Source: an uncultured archaeon
GTDB taxonomy: Archaea > Asgardarchaeota > Lokiarchaeia > Sigyniarchaeales > SOKP01
Direction: 5' to 3'
Length of the DNA stretch: 64,000 nucleotides
NCBI GenBank assembly: GCA_964388035.1
Contig: CAYLZE010000009.1
Location: forward strand, 36,801-100,800
Shown: positions 52,541 through 63,843 of the stretch, in pieces
How the letters are laid out: each line of letters begins with the position of its first letter
How positions within the stretch are numbered: position 1 is the first letter of the stretch
The notes under the pieces: model-generated
The model's database searches: none
What the model was told of the DNA's origin: nothing
The model's input: only the letters and a program-made list of their open reading frames with translations
Program-made: the position numbers and the translations under genes

Positions 52541-53530
52541 ATGAAGGATCGAAAAATTTTAGAGGACATACCAAACTTTCTTTTAAATACTGATCCCACA
52601 AGAAAAGGTATCGGATACATGCCATTAAGTATTCCTGTGGTTCAATATCTTTGTATTCGATATGCTGGAATAGAGAGCGTAACACTCGGTGATCTCGTAA
52701 TGTGTTCTGCTGAGGGATATGCATTTGCCTACAATCCGCAAAACTATTATATTTATTATCAAAGTTTGAAAGATTATAGAAAATGAAGATTTATACTTAC
52801 AGGGTGCCAATTTAAATGGCATTCGTTAGGCATATCCGAAAGATACTGATCATTCTTGAAGGAGGGAATAAATGAGGGAAAACTCGTTCAAATAAATGGG
52901 CCAGAAGAAGGACTTATATATGGATTTGAAGATTCTAATGATTTCAATGAGAGAAAGCTTTTTTGCATCTCGAATTGGGGGGCAAATTTAAATGGAATAA
53001 TAACATGGAAGGAATTCGAGGAACATGTTAATCTATTTAAGGATGGAATCCAATATTTTTCCGGTTTTAATTCTAAGTCAATAGCACCTCCAGTTGAAAT
53101 TTTAAAGCGCATCTTACCTGTCATTGTAGATTGGCAGGATAATCATCCTGGTTCGAAAGAACATTTTGGTCTAAAAGCAATGAAGCAATTTATTAATGAT
53201 CTAAGGGATCCATCTTTAAAAAAACAGTACACGATTAATTATAATTGCCATCCATTCTTCTTTCAACAAGGAGCTCGATATTGGCAAGGTGAATTTTTTA
53301 AATCTCTTGCTAAAAAAGTTAACAATTCAGTTATGGAACAAAAACTCATCCAATTAGGAGATCTTTATAAAAATACTTCAAAATACATGCTTAAATTTTA
53401 TGAAGGTAATATTTGGGAACATTGGGATGACTTAGATAATCGTGAAGTACTTCTTAATTACATTGAAAAGGCATATCAAAATGAGAAAAGCACCATTGAA
53501 ATGATAAAATCCATTATTAAATTTATATAA
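52541..53530 (+). pseudogene. Single gene broken by two in-frame TGA codons (BtrH-like hypothetical)
   Basis: ORFs 52541-52786 and 52856-53530 share a frame; linker YRK*RFILTGCQFKWHSLGISERY*SFLKEGINEGK. Confidence 0.65.
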
Positions 53531-53737
53531 AAAAATATGAAATGTACTACCCCATACTTTAAATTTATAGTCTTAATTGGTCAATTAATTAATAAATGGA
53601 ATTTCTAAACATTCTTTATCTCAGTGGTTCATTTTTTTATAAAACCTTCATCCTAAAGATTAAATAATATAAGATCTTTTCGAGAGGTCTCGTTCTCTTT
53701 TTGAAAAAGGTTAGTTATTATTATTAAGTAATGGCAT

Positions 53738-54256
53738 TTAAGACTCTAAATCCGTACTTTCAGATTTTATATTATTTTCTTTTAAAGATAATACAAATTT
53801 ATCCGTTTCTTTTATTATTTTCGCAATTACCGCAGTATTTGTTCTTTCAAATAATCCAGAGCTTTCAATTTTGGATTCTAACTCTTTTACGAATTCTTCA
53901 CGATTTTCTCCGCGCATTAATACGACAAAATCCCATTCTCCCAAAACATTATAAATTGCCCATACTCCGGGTATTCCAGATAATAATTTTGACACTTTGT
54001 CCGAGTACTTGGGGCCATATTTTGCACGAATAAATACAATGGCTTGAAAATCATCTGATAATTTAAATAAATCGACTTTGGCGCAATATCCTTTAATGAT
54101 CTTTTCATTCTCTAATCTTCTTATTCGATAATGCACCGTGGATTTTGAAATGTTTAATTTCGTAGCAATCTCTCCAACAGGTATCCTACTATCAATTTGC
54201 AATAAAGTTAATATCTTTTGATCTAATTTATCCAGAAAATTTCGTCGAGATGACAT
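53738..54256 (-). CDS. Lrp/AsnC-family transcriptional regulator
   Basis: LDKLDQKILTLLQIDSR...SKSTVHYRIRRLE; VLGEWDF. Confidence 0.92.
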   Translation of the reverse strand: MSSRRNFLDKLDQKILTLLQIDSRIPVGEIATKLNISKSTVHYRIRRLENEKIIKGYCAKVDLFKLSDDFQAIVFIRAKYGPKYSDKVSKLLSGIPGVWAIYNVLGEWDFVVLMRGENREEFVKELESKIESSGLFERTNTAVIAKIIKETDKFVLSLKENNIKSESTDLES

Positions 54257-54358
54257 TTTTAATCCTTTAGGTTTATATTATTTCAACAAGATTATAACAG
54301 TATTTAATATTTAGATGCGCTTATCAGTTATTTATAGATTATGGCTAGAAAATAAGAT

Positions 54359-54763
54359 TTAAAGGAACATCACTCTTCGCTGTTTTTCTTTTGGAACCAC
54401 GCACGTTCCACTTGCTTTACAAACAATTATAGGTTCATCTAGAACGTCAGCGGCGGACTCATTAATATCTGACCGGGCTTGAATGATCTTTTTTGCAATA
54501 AAATTCATTTTTCGAGAGGTTTTTCCATGTTCAATAATCTCTCCTTCTATCTCAAGGTAATCTCCCGCATAGACAGGTGACAAAAATTCTACTGCATGAT
54601 ATGCTCGAAATAACCCCTCATCTCCATCATTCCGTATGAGAAGTTCCGTTGCCACATCTCCAAATAATTCAAGAATCTTTGCACCATCCACTAAATTTCC
54701 TCCATAATGGGCATCATTTAAATTCATCCGGACTTTAATTATAGACTTCATGCAATTTACCAT
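54359..54763 (-). CDS. kal: 3-aminobutyryl-CoA ammonia-lyase
   Basis: [33 protein letters not shown]. Confidence 0.93.
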   Translation of the reverse strand: MVNCMKSIIKVRMNLNDAHYGGNLVDGAKILELFGDVATELLIRNDGDEGLFRAYHAVEFLSPVYAGDYLEIEGEIIEHGKTSRKMNFIAKKIIQARSDINESAADVLDEPIIVCKASGTCVVPKEKQRRVMFL

Positions 54764-54803
54764 CTTATTTAAATAAAATAATAGCTCTTTACTAAAAAGC
54801 TAA

Positions 54804-55604
54804 CTACTTAATATGTTCATTTTTTTTTCTTCTTGAGAGTTCTTTAATAAAATAAGTTGCAACCAATTCTCCCGTAGATCCTGGCCCAAATCCCGCATCA
54901 TACCCCAATTCTTTTGCCAGATCATTATCTATTCTTGAACCGCCACAAATTAATATAATTTGGTCTCTAATATTTTCTGCTTCTAAAAGATCTACTAAAT
55001 TAGTGAGATTTTTTAAATGTATATCTTTTTGGGTAACAGTCTGAGAGATGAGTAATACATCTGCGTGAAGTTCCATTACTTTTCTGATGATAATTTCATT
55101 AGCTACTTGAGAGCCTAAATTATACGTATCCAACATTTCAATACTTTCCAGACCATGATGACCTGCATATCCTTTAAAGTTCATTATTGCATCCAATCCC
55201 ATAGAATGAGCATCTGTCCCAGAAGTGGCGCCAATGACTATAATTTTACGGTTGAAATTTGTTCTAATATAATAATTGATTTCATCTATACTCATTAATT
55301 CAATTTCTGGGGATTTTACTTTTACTTGAGTATAATCCACAGAATGCGTTAGCGACCCATAAATAATGAAAAACGTGAAGTTGGTATCTAATTTTTCCAT
55401 ATGCACCACATTAGGATCTTCTAAACCCATCTTATTCACTAATAGTTTTGCCGCTTCAATTGCCTTTTTCCCAGTCTTAATAGGGAAGGTAAAACTTACT
55501 TGAACTTTTCCATCGTTTAATGTATCCCCATAAGGTCTTACATGAGTTAAATCAATTCTTGTATCTTTGGAAGAAGAATTTATTCTTGATGTATTTAAAT
55601 TCAT
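54804..55604 (-). CDS. kamE: Lysine 5,6-aminomutase beta subunit
   Basis: PYGDTLNDGKVQ, GTDAH..GLDAIMNFKGYAGH, SQTVTQKDIH. Confidence 0.94.
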   Translation of the reverse strand: MNLNTSRINSSSKDTRIDLTHVRPYGDTLNDGKVQVSFTFPIKTGKKAIEAAKLLVNKMGLEDPNVVHMEKLDTNFTFFIIYGSLTHSVDYTQVKVKSPEIELMSIDEINYYIRTNFNRKIIVIGATSGTDAHSMGLDAIMNFKGYAGHHGLESIEMLDTYNLGSQVANEIIIRKVMELHADVLLISQTVTQKDIHLKNLTNLVDLLEAENIRDQIILICGGSRIDNDLAKELGYDAGFGPGSTGELVATYFIKELSRRKKNEHIK

Positions 55605-57193
55605 TAATCATCCCTCTCTTGCAACTTTTGTTTCATGTGATCAATAAATGGATTGAAATAATCTTTATCTTTCTTGAAAATACCATCCAAACCCTTTCCG
55701 CCATTAATAGAGCGCTTTATACCTCCAAATACGCCTTTTTCTATCGTTTTAAACATACCAAGTTTTTCAATATCCTGCAATAATGTTGCAGCTTTAATAA
55801 GAACCGCTTTAGCTCGGGATTGAATTATACCACCATCTTTAAACTGTATTTCATCCCCAAAATTCATCATATTATTGAAGATATAACGGGCATTTTCAAT
55901 TGATAAAGCCCGATCAGACATGAAGGGAGTATGGATCGCTTCTGTCATCATACCAAGCAAATGAATGGTTTGATAGGAAATTATAGTGATTATATTGAAT
56001 AAACTATCTTGTATGTGTCCCTTAAAAATGTTTCCAGTCATGAATTTCGTTGGGGGCATATATTTTAAGGGACATTTCGGAAAAATTTCTCGAGTCATCT
56101 GGGCTTGTGCTAATTCGTATAGAAACCCATTTTTTAAATCTGGATCTAGTTCAAAAGAATGGCCTAGTCCAATTTGTTCTTGTTTTAAACCAGCAATAAG
56201 TGCAAATTGTTCGTTCATAAATTGCGAAGCAAGAACGGTGTGAGCATTTTCATATGAATCATTTGTTTTGATATAGTTATCCTCTCCCGTGTTAATAATA
56301 ATACCAGCAAATGCATTAATCATTCTTGAAAAATATTGATCAATCATTGTTCGCTGCATATTGATATCCCTAAACAAGATGCCATAAAGTGCATCATTTA
56401 GCATCATATCTAAGCGTTCTAAAGCACCCATGGCTGCAATTTCAGGCATACAAAGGCCTGAACAATAGTTTGTTAATTGAATATACCTTCCTACTTCTTC
56501 TCCTACCTCATCCAATGCCATTCGCATTAACCGAAAATTTTCTTGGGTTGCATAAGTTCCACCAAATCCTTCTATAGTTGCTCCATAAGGTACATAATCT
56601 AAGAGACTCTGTCCTGTAGATCTGATAACTGCTATGATATCTGCACCTTGTCTTACAGCCGCTTTAGCTTGAATGAGATCCTCGTAAATATTACCTGTTG
56701 CAACAATAATGTATAATAGAGGTGAATATTGATCTTTATATTTTTTGAAATACATTTCTCTAATTTGTTTATTATTTTCAATTTTTTCAATAGTAGCCAG
56801 ACTTTCTTTGTACATTAACGCTTTAATTTCAGTAATATCTCTTTTCTGTATATTTTCAATATTAAAGTCTTTTTGTGCGATTTTTTGAGCTATTTCTTGA
56901 GGAGAAAGATTTGATTCAATCATCTTAGTTCCTATAAAATACGCTGCCCCTTTTTCAAGTTGATGGGTTTGATTTAAATAATCTATTACTAAGTTAGGTA
57001 ATGGCACTCCAAATTCATCAACCCCGTCAATACCTAATAATCTACATACGGTTCGTTCAATACTCGTAGTAGAATGTTTTTCAATAAATTGTTGGGTTTT
57101 TAAAGCGATTTTTCTGGCGGATTTGCGAGCTGATCTTATTAAATTGGAATCTAAATTCAATTTTGATTGGACTTCTTTTTTTATTAAATTCAT
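55604..57193 (-). CDS. kamD: Lysine 5,6-aminomutase alpha subunit
   Basis: IVATGNIYED, RSTGQSLLDYVPYG, NYCSGLCMPE, KYMPPTK. Confidence 0.95.
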   Translation of the reverse strand: MNLIKKEVQSKLNLDSNLIRSARKSARKIALKTQQFIEKHSTTSIERTVCRLLGIDGVDEFGVPLPNLVIDYLNQTHQLEKGAAYFIGTKMIESNLSPQEIAQKIAQKDFNIENIQKRDITEIKALMYKESLATIEKIENNKQIREMYFKKYKDQYSPLLYIIVATGNIYEDLIQAKAAVRQGADIIAVIRSTGQSLLDYVPYGATIEGFGGTYATQENFRLMRMALDEVGEEVGRYIQLTNYCSGLCMPEIAAMGALERLDMMLNDALYGILFRDINMQRTMIDQYFSRMINAFAGIIINTGEDNYIKTNDSYENAHTVLASQFMNEQFALIAGLKQEQIGLGHSFELDPDLKNGFLYELAQAQMTREIFPKCPLKYMPPTKFMTGNIFKGHIQDSLFNIITIISYQTIHLLGMMTEAIHTPFMSDRALSIENARYIFNNMMNFGDEIQFKDGGIIQSRAKAVLIKAATLLQDIEKLGMFKTIEKGVFGGIKRSINGGKGLDGIFKKDKDYFNPFIDHMKQKLQERDD

Positions 57194-57293
57194 TCTTTTC
57201 TTATCTCTTTTATAGATTTTTATATTATCACTATTTTCTAAAAAAACTCTAAGATTTTTCTCTACTTTAATTTAAAACCGAAGATTTTCTTTT

Positions 57294-58352
57294 TCAATAA
57301 TTATTTGGACCCAGATCAAAAATGGGAACATCACTTTGCTCTTTAAATAAAGAAATAAATTCTTTGCTGTCAAAATTATAGCCAAAAGGCGAAGTAGGAT
57401 TAATAGTAACTGCGACTAGGTTAATAGGTTGTAAAACCTTTATATTACCACCTTTTTTTATAAACTCTTTAAATAAAGAATCAGTGATAAATAATTTTGT
57501 AGCATTATCGACAATAATAGTAACTCCAATATTATTGGAAAAATTCTTCATGAGTTGATTAATTAGCTTATCCGTCAAGGCTCCATTCAAGACAAGAAAT
57601 TTAGAATTTTCATCTAAAAAACTTGTAGCTTCTTTTTCATGTCCTAAAACCGTAGGAAAGCCAAGTATTTTTATCCTTTTGTTGGAATTAATCATGCATA
57701 TTTTTAATGATTTTATATACTTGGTTGCTAATGCTTTTATTTCAAGATCATGTTCAAGCTCTAAAGAAAGTAAATTTATAAGATGATTTGTATTTTCAAT
57801 AACTTTTTCCATGTTTCTTGAAACAGAAGCTCCCGTTGATAATATCGTTGCGTTTGAAATCAATGGACATGCTAAAGATTTTCGATCAAATGCACCATCA
57901 ATCAATACTCGTTTACATCCCAATTTTAATAGATTGGAGCAAACTAAAGATAATTCCGAATTTATTGAAGGACCAGCTAATTCTACATGACCGTCTTCTA
58001 AGGCCCTATAGATGTTAATTTCTCCTAAGGGTGTACTTATTCGAGTGTTTTTAATTAGTAATGATTCAATTTCGCATCTTTCCCAACTTCCTTTCGCTGT
58101 AGCAAAGAATGTTCCTTTTTTAATGTATATTCTTGGTTTAGGTAATTCGGTAATTACATCATACTTTTCTCCATCTCTTCCTATAGAGGTCACACCGATT
58201 ACTTGATCTTGAAGACTTTCTTGGAGTAAATGATTGAGAGTTGTGGTCTTACCCACATTCTTAGCAAGTCCGATGATTGAAATTATCTTATACTTTTCCA
58301 CTTCTTTCGAAAGTTCTTCCAAGGACGATATTAACAAAAAGAAAACCCCCAA
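57294..58352 (-). CDS. kamB: KamB-like protein (putative aminomutase reactivase component)
   Basis: SIIGLAKNVGKTT, TSIGRDGE, IDGA.DR; position between kamA and kamD. Confidence 0.75.
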   Translation of the reverse strand: MGVFFLLISSLEELSKEVEKYKIISIIGLAKNVGKTTTLNHLLQESLQDQVIGVTSIGRDGEKYDVITELPKPRIYIKKGTFFATAKGSWERCEIESLLIKNTRISTPLGEINIYRALEDGHVELAGPSINSELSLVCSNLLKLGCKRVLIDGAFDRKSLACPLISNATILSTGASVSRNMEKVIENTNHLINLLSLELEHDLEIKALATKYIKSLKICMINSNKRIKILGFPTVLGHEKEATSFLDENSKFLVLNGALTDKLINQLMKNFSNNIGVTIIVDNATKLFITDSLFKEFIKKGGNIKVLQPINLVAVTINPTSPFGYNFDSKEFISLFKEQSDVPIFDLGPNNY

Positions 58353-58412
58353 AATTAATAATAATTTATTTATCCAAAAATGATTATTTCAATCTCAATC
58401 TTATATTTCAAG

Positions 58413-59663
58413 TTATTTACTCAATTGTCGACGCCTTAAATTTCTTTCCAAGTCCTCTGGTTCAATTGTCATTTTTTCTCCACTTAATAGCGCCGCCACT
58501 CCAATCTGTTTTTCTTTATTTATTGATTTGCAATGACATCTTGGGAAGTAATCCAATGGTTCTTCATAAGTGGTTATAACTCCTTCAAAATTTCTCAAAA
58601 CAACTCTTCGATTTCCTTGAGATATTACATAATTCGGCATCACGGGTATTTTTCCACCCCCTCCAGGAGCATCTACTACAAATGTAGGAACACATAACCC
58701 CGAGGTATGCCCCCTTAATCCTTCTATAATTTCAATACCTTGGGCTATGCTTGTCCTAAAATGCTCCAGTCCTACAGAAAGATCACATTGATATAGATAA
58801 TAAGGGCGTACTCTAATTTTCACCAGCTCATGAACTAACTTCTTCATTACATGAATGCAATCATTCACCCCCCTTAATAAAACAGATTGGTTACCTAATG
58901 GAACTCCCACATTTGCTAACATTTCGCACGCTTTAATAGATTCACTTGTAATTTCGTTTGGATGATTGAAGTGAGTGTTCAACCAGATGGGGTGATATTT
59001 TTTTATTATGGAACACAATTCAGGAGTAATGCGTTGTGGAAGCACGACGGGAACTCTTGTCCCAATACGGATGATCTCCACATGAGCAATAGTTTTTAAC
59101 TTGTTTAAGATATATTCTAATTTTTTATTTGATATGAGTAAAGCATCACCCCCAGATAATAAAACATCCCTAATTTTCGGATTATTTTCAATATATTCTA
59201 TACAATTGTCTATTTGCTCCATGGGAGGAGCTTGATCATGATGTCCCGCGAATCTTTTTCTTGTACAGTGCCTACAATAAGAGGAACACTTTTCAGTTAC
59301 TAAAAAGAGAACTCTGTCTGGATATCGATGCGTGAGACCTTTAACGGGTGAATCAATATCTTCATACAGAGGATCTTCTAAATCATGGTCCGCTTTCTTT
59401 AATTCAGAAATTATCGGTATTGCCTGTTTTCGGATAGGATCAAAGGGATCATTAATATCAATAAGCGATAAATAGTAGGGTGTAATAGCCATTCTTAAAT
59501 ATTTAAGACATTTTTGTATTCCATATTCCTCTTCCTCACTTAACGGAATGTACACTTTTAATTCTTCAACTGTTGTGATTCGATTCTTCAATTGCCAGTG
59601 CCAATCGTTCCAATCTTCAATAGAAAAGTGTTTATGAAATTCTATTTTTTCGTATACTTTCAT
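58413..59663 (-). CDS. kamA: Lysine 2,3-aminomutase (radical SAM)
   Basis: [33 protein letters not shown]. Confidence 0.96.
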   Translation of the reverse strand: MKVYEKIEFHKHFSIEDWNDWHWQLKNRITTVEELKVYIPLSEEEEYGIQKCLKYLRMAITPYYLSLIDINDPFDPIRKQAIPIISELKKADHDLEDPLYEDIDSPVKGLTHRYPDRVLFLVTEKCSSYCRHCTRKRFAGHHDQAPPMEQIDNCIEYIENNPKIRDVLLSGGDALLISNKKLEYILNKLKTIAHVEIIRIGTRVPVVLPQRITPELCSIIKKYHPIWLNTHFNHPNEITSESIKACEMLANVGVPLGNQSVLLRGVNDCIHVMKKLVHELVKIRVRPYYLYQCDLSVGLEHFRTSIAQGIEIIEGLRGHTSGLCVPTFVVDAPGGGGKIPVMPNYVISQGNRRVVLRNFEGVITTYEEPLDYFPRCHCKSINKEKQIGVAALLSGEKMTIEPEDLERNLRRRQLSK

Positions 59664-59678
59664 TTTTTTCCCTCTATT

Positions 59679-60776
59679 TTAATTAATGGAATATCTAGTT
59701 TCAAATATCTCTCTCAACTTTGAACTTTCTCTTAAAGCATTCAGAGCGATTTCAGCATGACCTTGCGAATATCCATTCCCGATGATCATTGTCACATCTT
59801 TCCCGATACCTTCTGCCCCTAAAGCAGCTTTTGTAAAATTTGTAGCCATTGAAAAGAAATATACCACGCCATTTTGTCGAACAGGAATAATAGTTGTCAT
59901 CTCTGTGTCCGGAACGCTTAAACAATTGATGGCAATATCAACTTCTTTTTTATCATTTACTTGATATATTTTGTTTAGCACGTCAAGAGGTTTAAAAACA
60001 TCGGCAATTATTATCTTATCAAAAAATCCCGTGTCTTTTAACAATTCTACACCTTTTTGATTTCTCGCTTGTCCTATGATCCTACCGTTTGAACCCACTT
60101 TTTTATTAGCTTCATAAGAACATAATAATCCCGACTTTCCTGTAGCTCCGAGAATTAATACGCTGTCACCTTCTTTAACGACTTTTCTAACTTGGGCAGG
60201 TGCTCCAGCAACATCAAAAACAGCTAAAGCAACGGTTTCGTTAAGATCTTCCGGTAATTTGGCATATATTCCGCTCTCAAAGAGAATGGCTTTACCTTGA
60301 ATTTTAACTCTTTCGACGTCAGGTCGTATCTCTAATATTTTATCAATTCTTAAGGGCGTTAAGGTAAGAGAAACTAATGAAGCTATTTTATCTCCTTCTT
60401 TAATATCAATTTTATCTTTAAGTTTAGGCCCTATTTTTTCAACATTACCAAGGAGCATTCCTCCAGAGCCTGTTATGGGATTCTGAAGCTTTCCTCTTTT
60501 TTCTACTATGGATAAAATGCATTTACTTATTTCCTTTATATTTCCCTTAGAAACTTGTTCTATTTGTCGAAAACTTGCAGAATCGACATTGAGATAATTA
60601 ACATTGATTAATATCTCATTATCGTAAATTTTCATATTGCTTGATATTATTTTTGCAGATTGTGGCAGAGCTCCTAAAGGATCAATCGCTCGATGAATGC
60701 CATATTTATTTCCCACTTTCATTTCTTCTCCACAAATTAAATATGTATTTTCACTATATAAATATTTTATTAACAT
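59679..60776 (-). CDS. kdd: L-erythro-3,5-diaminohexanoate dehydrogenase
   Basis: YGIHR, NVDSASF, NPITGSGGML, DVAGAPAQ, FSMATNF.KAALGAEG. Confidence 0.93.
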   Translation of the reverse strand: MLIKYLYSENTYLICGEEMKVGNKYGIHRAIDPLGALPQSAKIISSNMKIYDNEILINVNYLNVDSASFRQIEQVSKGNIKEISKCILSIVEKRGKLQNPITGSGGMLLGNVEKIGPKLKDKIDIKEGDKIASLVSLTLTPLRIDKILEIRPDVERVKIQGKAILFESGIYAKLPEDLNETVALAVFDVAGAPAQVRKVVKEGDSVLILGATGKSGLLCSYEANKKVGSNGRIIGQARNQKGVELLKDTGFFDKIIIADVFKPLDVLNKIYQVNDKKEVDIAINCLSVPDTEMTTIIPVRQNGVVYFFSMATNFTKAALGAEGIGKDVTMIIGNGYSQGHAEIALNALRESSKLREIFETRYSIN

Positions 60777-61204
60777 ATCTTTGTTTGTGATTAAATGTTA
60801 ATTAGGGGTACTAATTAGAATTGACCTATAAAGAAATCTATATTATTAAAATTTCATTAGATTTAACTAGACAAGAAAAAAATATAGTATAAAAAAAAAT
60901 TAAGATTATCCTTTTTTGTTGAGCAAATAAATAAGACTAGGATATTAAAAGATATTCTAAAATTGATTTATAATTTTCACCTAATGAAAGAGAAGGATTA
61001 ATTCAAACCAAAATAAGGTGAATTTTAGGTATTTTTGGGAACTTCGTGAATAATGAGAAATTAATTTATAAATTAACTATTCTTATAAATAACTTTTGTT
61101 TAACGTATATTAGAGTATATTTGGATAAAAATATATAGAAAACTGATTAAATTAAGCCATAATTTTTTGAAGTTTTTTTAACTTACATCATTTTATAATT
61201 TTTT

Positions 61205-61540
61205 TCAATGTTTATGAAGCTCAGTATGACCACCTGCAATCATGTAATGAATTTTTTTGTCTGTAAGATTGGAAATACTTATTCTTTGTCCATCAGGCAT
61301 GTAAAATACTTCTCCTTCACTCATTATTAATTCCTCATTCTTAATTTCTAGCTTTACTTGGCCTTCTGAAAGATACAAGATTTCTTCATGATTCCTTGAG
61401 GGCCCAATTTTTTTATTTGTTTCACGTGCTTCTAGATATCCCATTCCAATGTATACATCTATTATATTTTTATTGATTTTAGCACCATAATAAAATTCCT
61501 TATTAATGGATTCACCAACTTTCTTTTTTAGATTGAACAT
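61205..61540 (-). CDS. Cupin-domain protein
   Basis: HEEILYLSEG...EGEVFYMP...ISN. Confidence 0.75.
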   Translation of the reverse strand: MFNLKKKVGESINKEFYYGAKINKNIIDVYIGMGYLEARETNKKIGPSRNHEEILYLSEGQVKLEIKNEELIMSEGEVFYMPDGQRISISNLTDKKIHYMIAGGHTELHKH

Positions 61541-61643
61541 GGTCTTATTTTCGTCTAATTTTTTAGTTGTTTTTTTATTGAATTATTTTAATATTAATCT
61601 AAGCATTTTATTACATTTTTCTATTTATTATAGAAGTCCTTAA

Positions 61644-62576
61644 TTACTTCAAAATTGTATTAAAAAATTGACTTTCAAACTTTTTTTTATCCACGTGTTT
61701 ACAAATTTTAATTTTCACGCCTTTTTGGAGATCTTCCTTGGTGCGTCCAGACTCTTGCCCCTCTACCTCGACAACCTTTATCATCCTAATTTCAAAATGA
61801 GCAATTTCTTCATTTTCAACGATAGATGCTGCAATTGCATCCCACAATGCTACCCCTCCGCTGTCGATATGTGAACCGAATCTTCGCAGGATCTTATATA
61901 CAAAATTAGAAATCTCATTATTCCTATTTTCTTTTGCCTTCCTTACAAATTCTCTATCTATAGGAATACCATTAGTGGCATCTAATGGGATTAACACGGT
62001 AGGAATACCCGATTGGAATACAATACTAGCCGCATGAGGATCACAATATATATTCCATTCTGCATGAGGGTTATCAATAGTGTAATCCACATTTGCAATA
62101 TTGCCAGCAACATCAATAGCACCCCCCATAATATATATTTTAGAGATCTTACCTTTGATTTCAGGGTATTGTACGAATAAATCAGCCAGATTGGTTAAGG
62201 GTCCGATTGCCAGGATTGTAATATCCTCCGACGATTGTAAGATAATTTGTCTTATAAGATCTGGAGCTGGCAATTTTTGAGGTTTTCTCTTAGATTTTGG
62301 AAGTTTTAAAAAGAGCATGTGATCAACAGCAAATCGTAGCAACAACGGAAAATGGTGATTGCCAGATAGTGGTTTTGGAGAACCATATGCCACGGGAATT
62401 TCCTCATAATTTACCATTTTCAGTAAACGAAGGCAATTTCGAGCTCCTTTTACACCATGTACTTCTCCTGTACCCGATACAGTTATGGCTTTAATTGTAA
62501 CATCATTTCTTTTTACCATGTACAAGATCGCGGTCCAATCATCTGGAGCCATATCTGAATCTATAATAAGCGGCAT
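61644..62576 (-). CDS. Nucleoside hydrolase (IU-NH family)
   Basis: IDSDMAPDD, GPLTNLA, MGGA, AEWNIYCDPHAA. Confidence 0.9.
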   Translation of the reverse strand: MPLIIDSDMAPDDWTAILYMVKRNDVTIKAITVSGTGEVHGVKGARNCLRLLKMVNYEEIPVAYGSPKPLSGNHHFPLLLRFAVDHMLFLKLPKSKRKPQKLPAPDLIRQIILQSSEDITILAIGPLTNLADLFVQYPEIKGKISKIYIMGGAIDVAGNIANVDYTIDNPHAEWNIYCDPHAASIVFQSGIPTVLIPLDATNGIPIDREFVRKAKENRNNEISNFVYKILRRFGSHIDSGGVALWDAIAASIVENEEIAHFEIRMIKVVEVEGQESGRTKEDLQKGVKIKICKHVDKKKFESQFFNTILK

Positions 62577-62769
62577 CTTCTTTTCTTTCTCAGAAATTTA
62601 CAATCACCTTGACTTCATTACATTATATTGATATAAAATTACAACACGATCAGCATATGAACATTAAAAACTTAATATTAATAAAACAAATAAATATAAT
62701 CAAGGCTAGTAATTATTATAAGAACTAATTAAAAATATTATTTTGTGAAATAAAATACGGTGGGTTGAA

Positions 62770-63654
62770 ATGGAATTAGAAGAAAGATTTTCTCAGACGA
62801 TTCAGCTCAAGGATGGCAGAACTTTGGGATATGGAGAGTTTGGAGATTCTAAAGGGATTCCTATTTTCCATTTTCATGGATTTCCGGGTTCCCGATTGGA
62901 AGGACTATTTGCAAATGAGATCAGCAAACAAATAGGGATACATTTTATTGCTATTGATAGGCCAGGAATGGGACTTTCCAGTTTCATGCAAAAAAGGACG
63001 ATGTTGGACTGGCCAAATGACGTGGTTGAATTAGCAGATAGTTTGGGTATAGAAAAATTTAGTGTTGAAGGAATTTCTGGAGGGGGACCTTATTCAGCTG
63101 CTTGTGCTTATAAAATCTCGGAAAAGTTAAATGCTTGTGGTATAATTGGCGGAATTGGCCCCATTTATCTTAGTACTGAAGGTATGCAAAAGAAAGGTCG
63201 TTCTCTTTTAACACTGGCAAAGAAAATGCCGTGGTTATTGCAGTTTTTTATGTGGTTAACAATGGGCCGAAAAAGCAAAGATTTGGAAGTAATTGAGAAA
63301 ATGCTCAAGAAAGGAGCATCCAATTTACCAGAACCAGACAAGAAAATCATTCAAGATCCAACTTTAGGGAAATATTTTGCAAGAGAAACCCAAGAAGCAT
63401 TTCGACAGGGATCCAAAGGAGTTGCGTATGATGCTAAATTATATGCTTTGGATTGGGGATTTAAACTAGAAGATATCTCTAAGAAACTAAAAGTATATCT
63501 TTGGCACGGAGAATTAGATGTGAATGTACCCATCTCTATGGGACGTGCAATGGCTGAAGCAATTTCTAATTGTGAAACTAAATTTTTCCAAAATGAAGCA
63601 CATATTTCTGCAGCTCTGAATAATTTTGATGATATCATGAAGAAGCTTACTTAA
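62770..63654 (+). CDS. Alpha/beta hydrolase
   Basis: DGRTLGY, HGFPGSRL, DRPG.G, GISGGG, WHGELD. Confidence 0.9.
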   Translation: MELEERFSQTIQLKDGRTLGYGEFGDSKGIPIFHFHGFPGSRLEGLFANEISKQIGIHFIAIDRPGMGLSSFMQKRTMLDWPNDVVELADSLGIEKFSVEGISGGGPYSAACAYKISEKLNACGIIGGIGPIYLSTEGMQKKGRSLLTLAKKMPWLLQFFMWLTMGRKSKDLEVIEKMLKKGASNLPEPDKKIIQDPTLGKYFARETQEAFRQGSKGVAYDAKLYALDWGFKLEDISKKLKVYLWHGELDVNVPISMGRAMAEAISNCETKFFQNEAHISAALNNFDDIMKKLT

Positions 63655-63843
63655 TAATTCTGATTTTTATTCTAGGAAATAAATTTTTCACTTTTTTAAA
63701 TAAATTATTGCGTTAATTAAAGACATGTTTGTTAGATTTTAATTTTATAATTCTATAATTAAAAAGAAAGCTAGTTTTCAAGAAATTTCAGCATAATAAA
63801 AATATAAAAAATGATATTTTTCTCAAATAATCCTTTTTTATTA

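Noticed and set aside
52784-52849. Two in-frame TGA codons as selenocysteine
   Set aside because: Contexts (YRK*RF, ERY*SFLKE) fit mutated Arg/Trp codons rather than redox Cys sites; no SECIS-like element recognised
975-63638. Many short ORF-track entries antisense to or nested in confident genes (e.g. 6610-7038, 19131-19613, 34614-35057)
   Set aside because: Shadow ORFs overlapping well-supported genes, with no motifs
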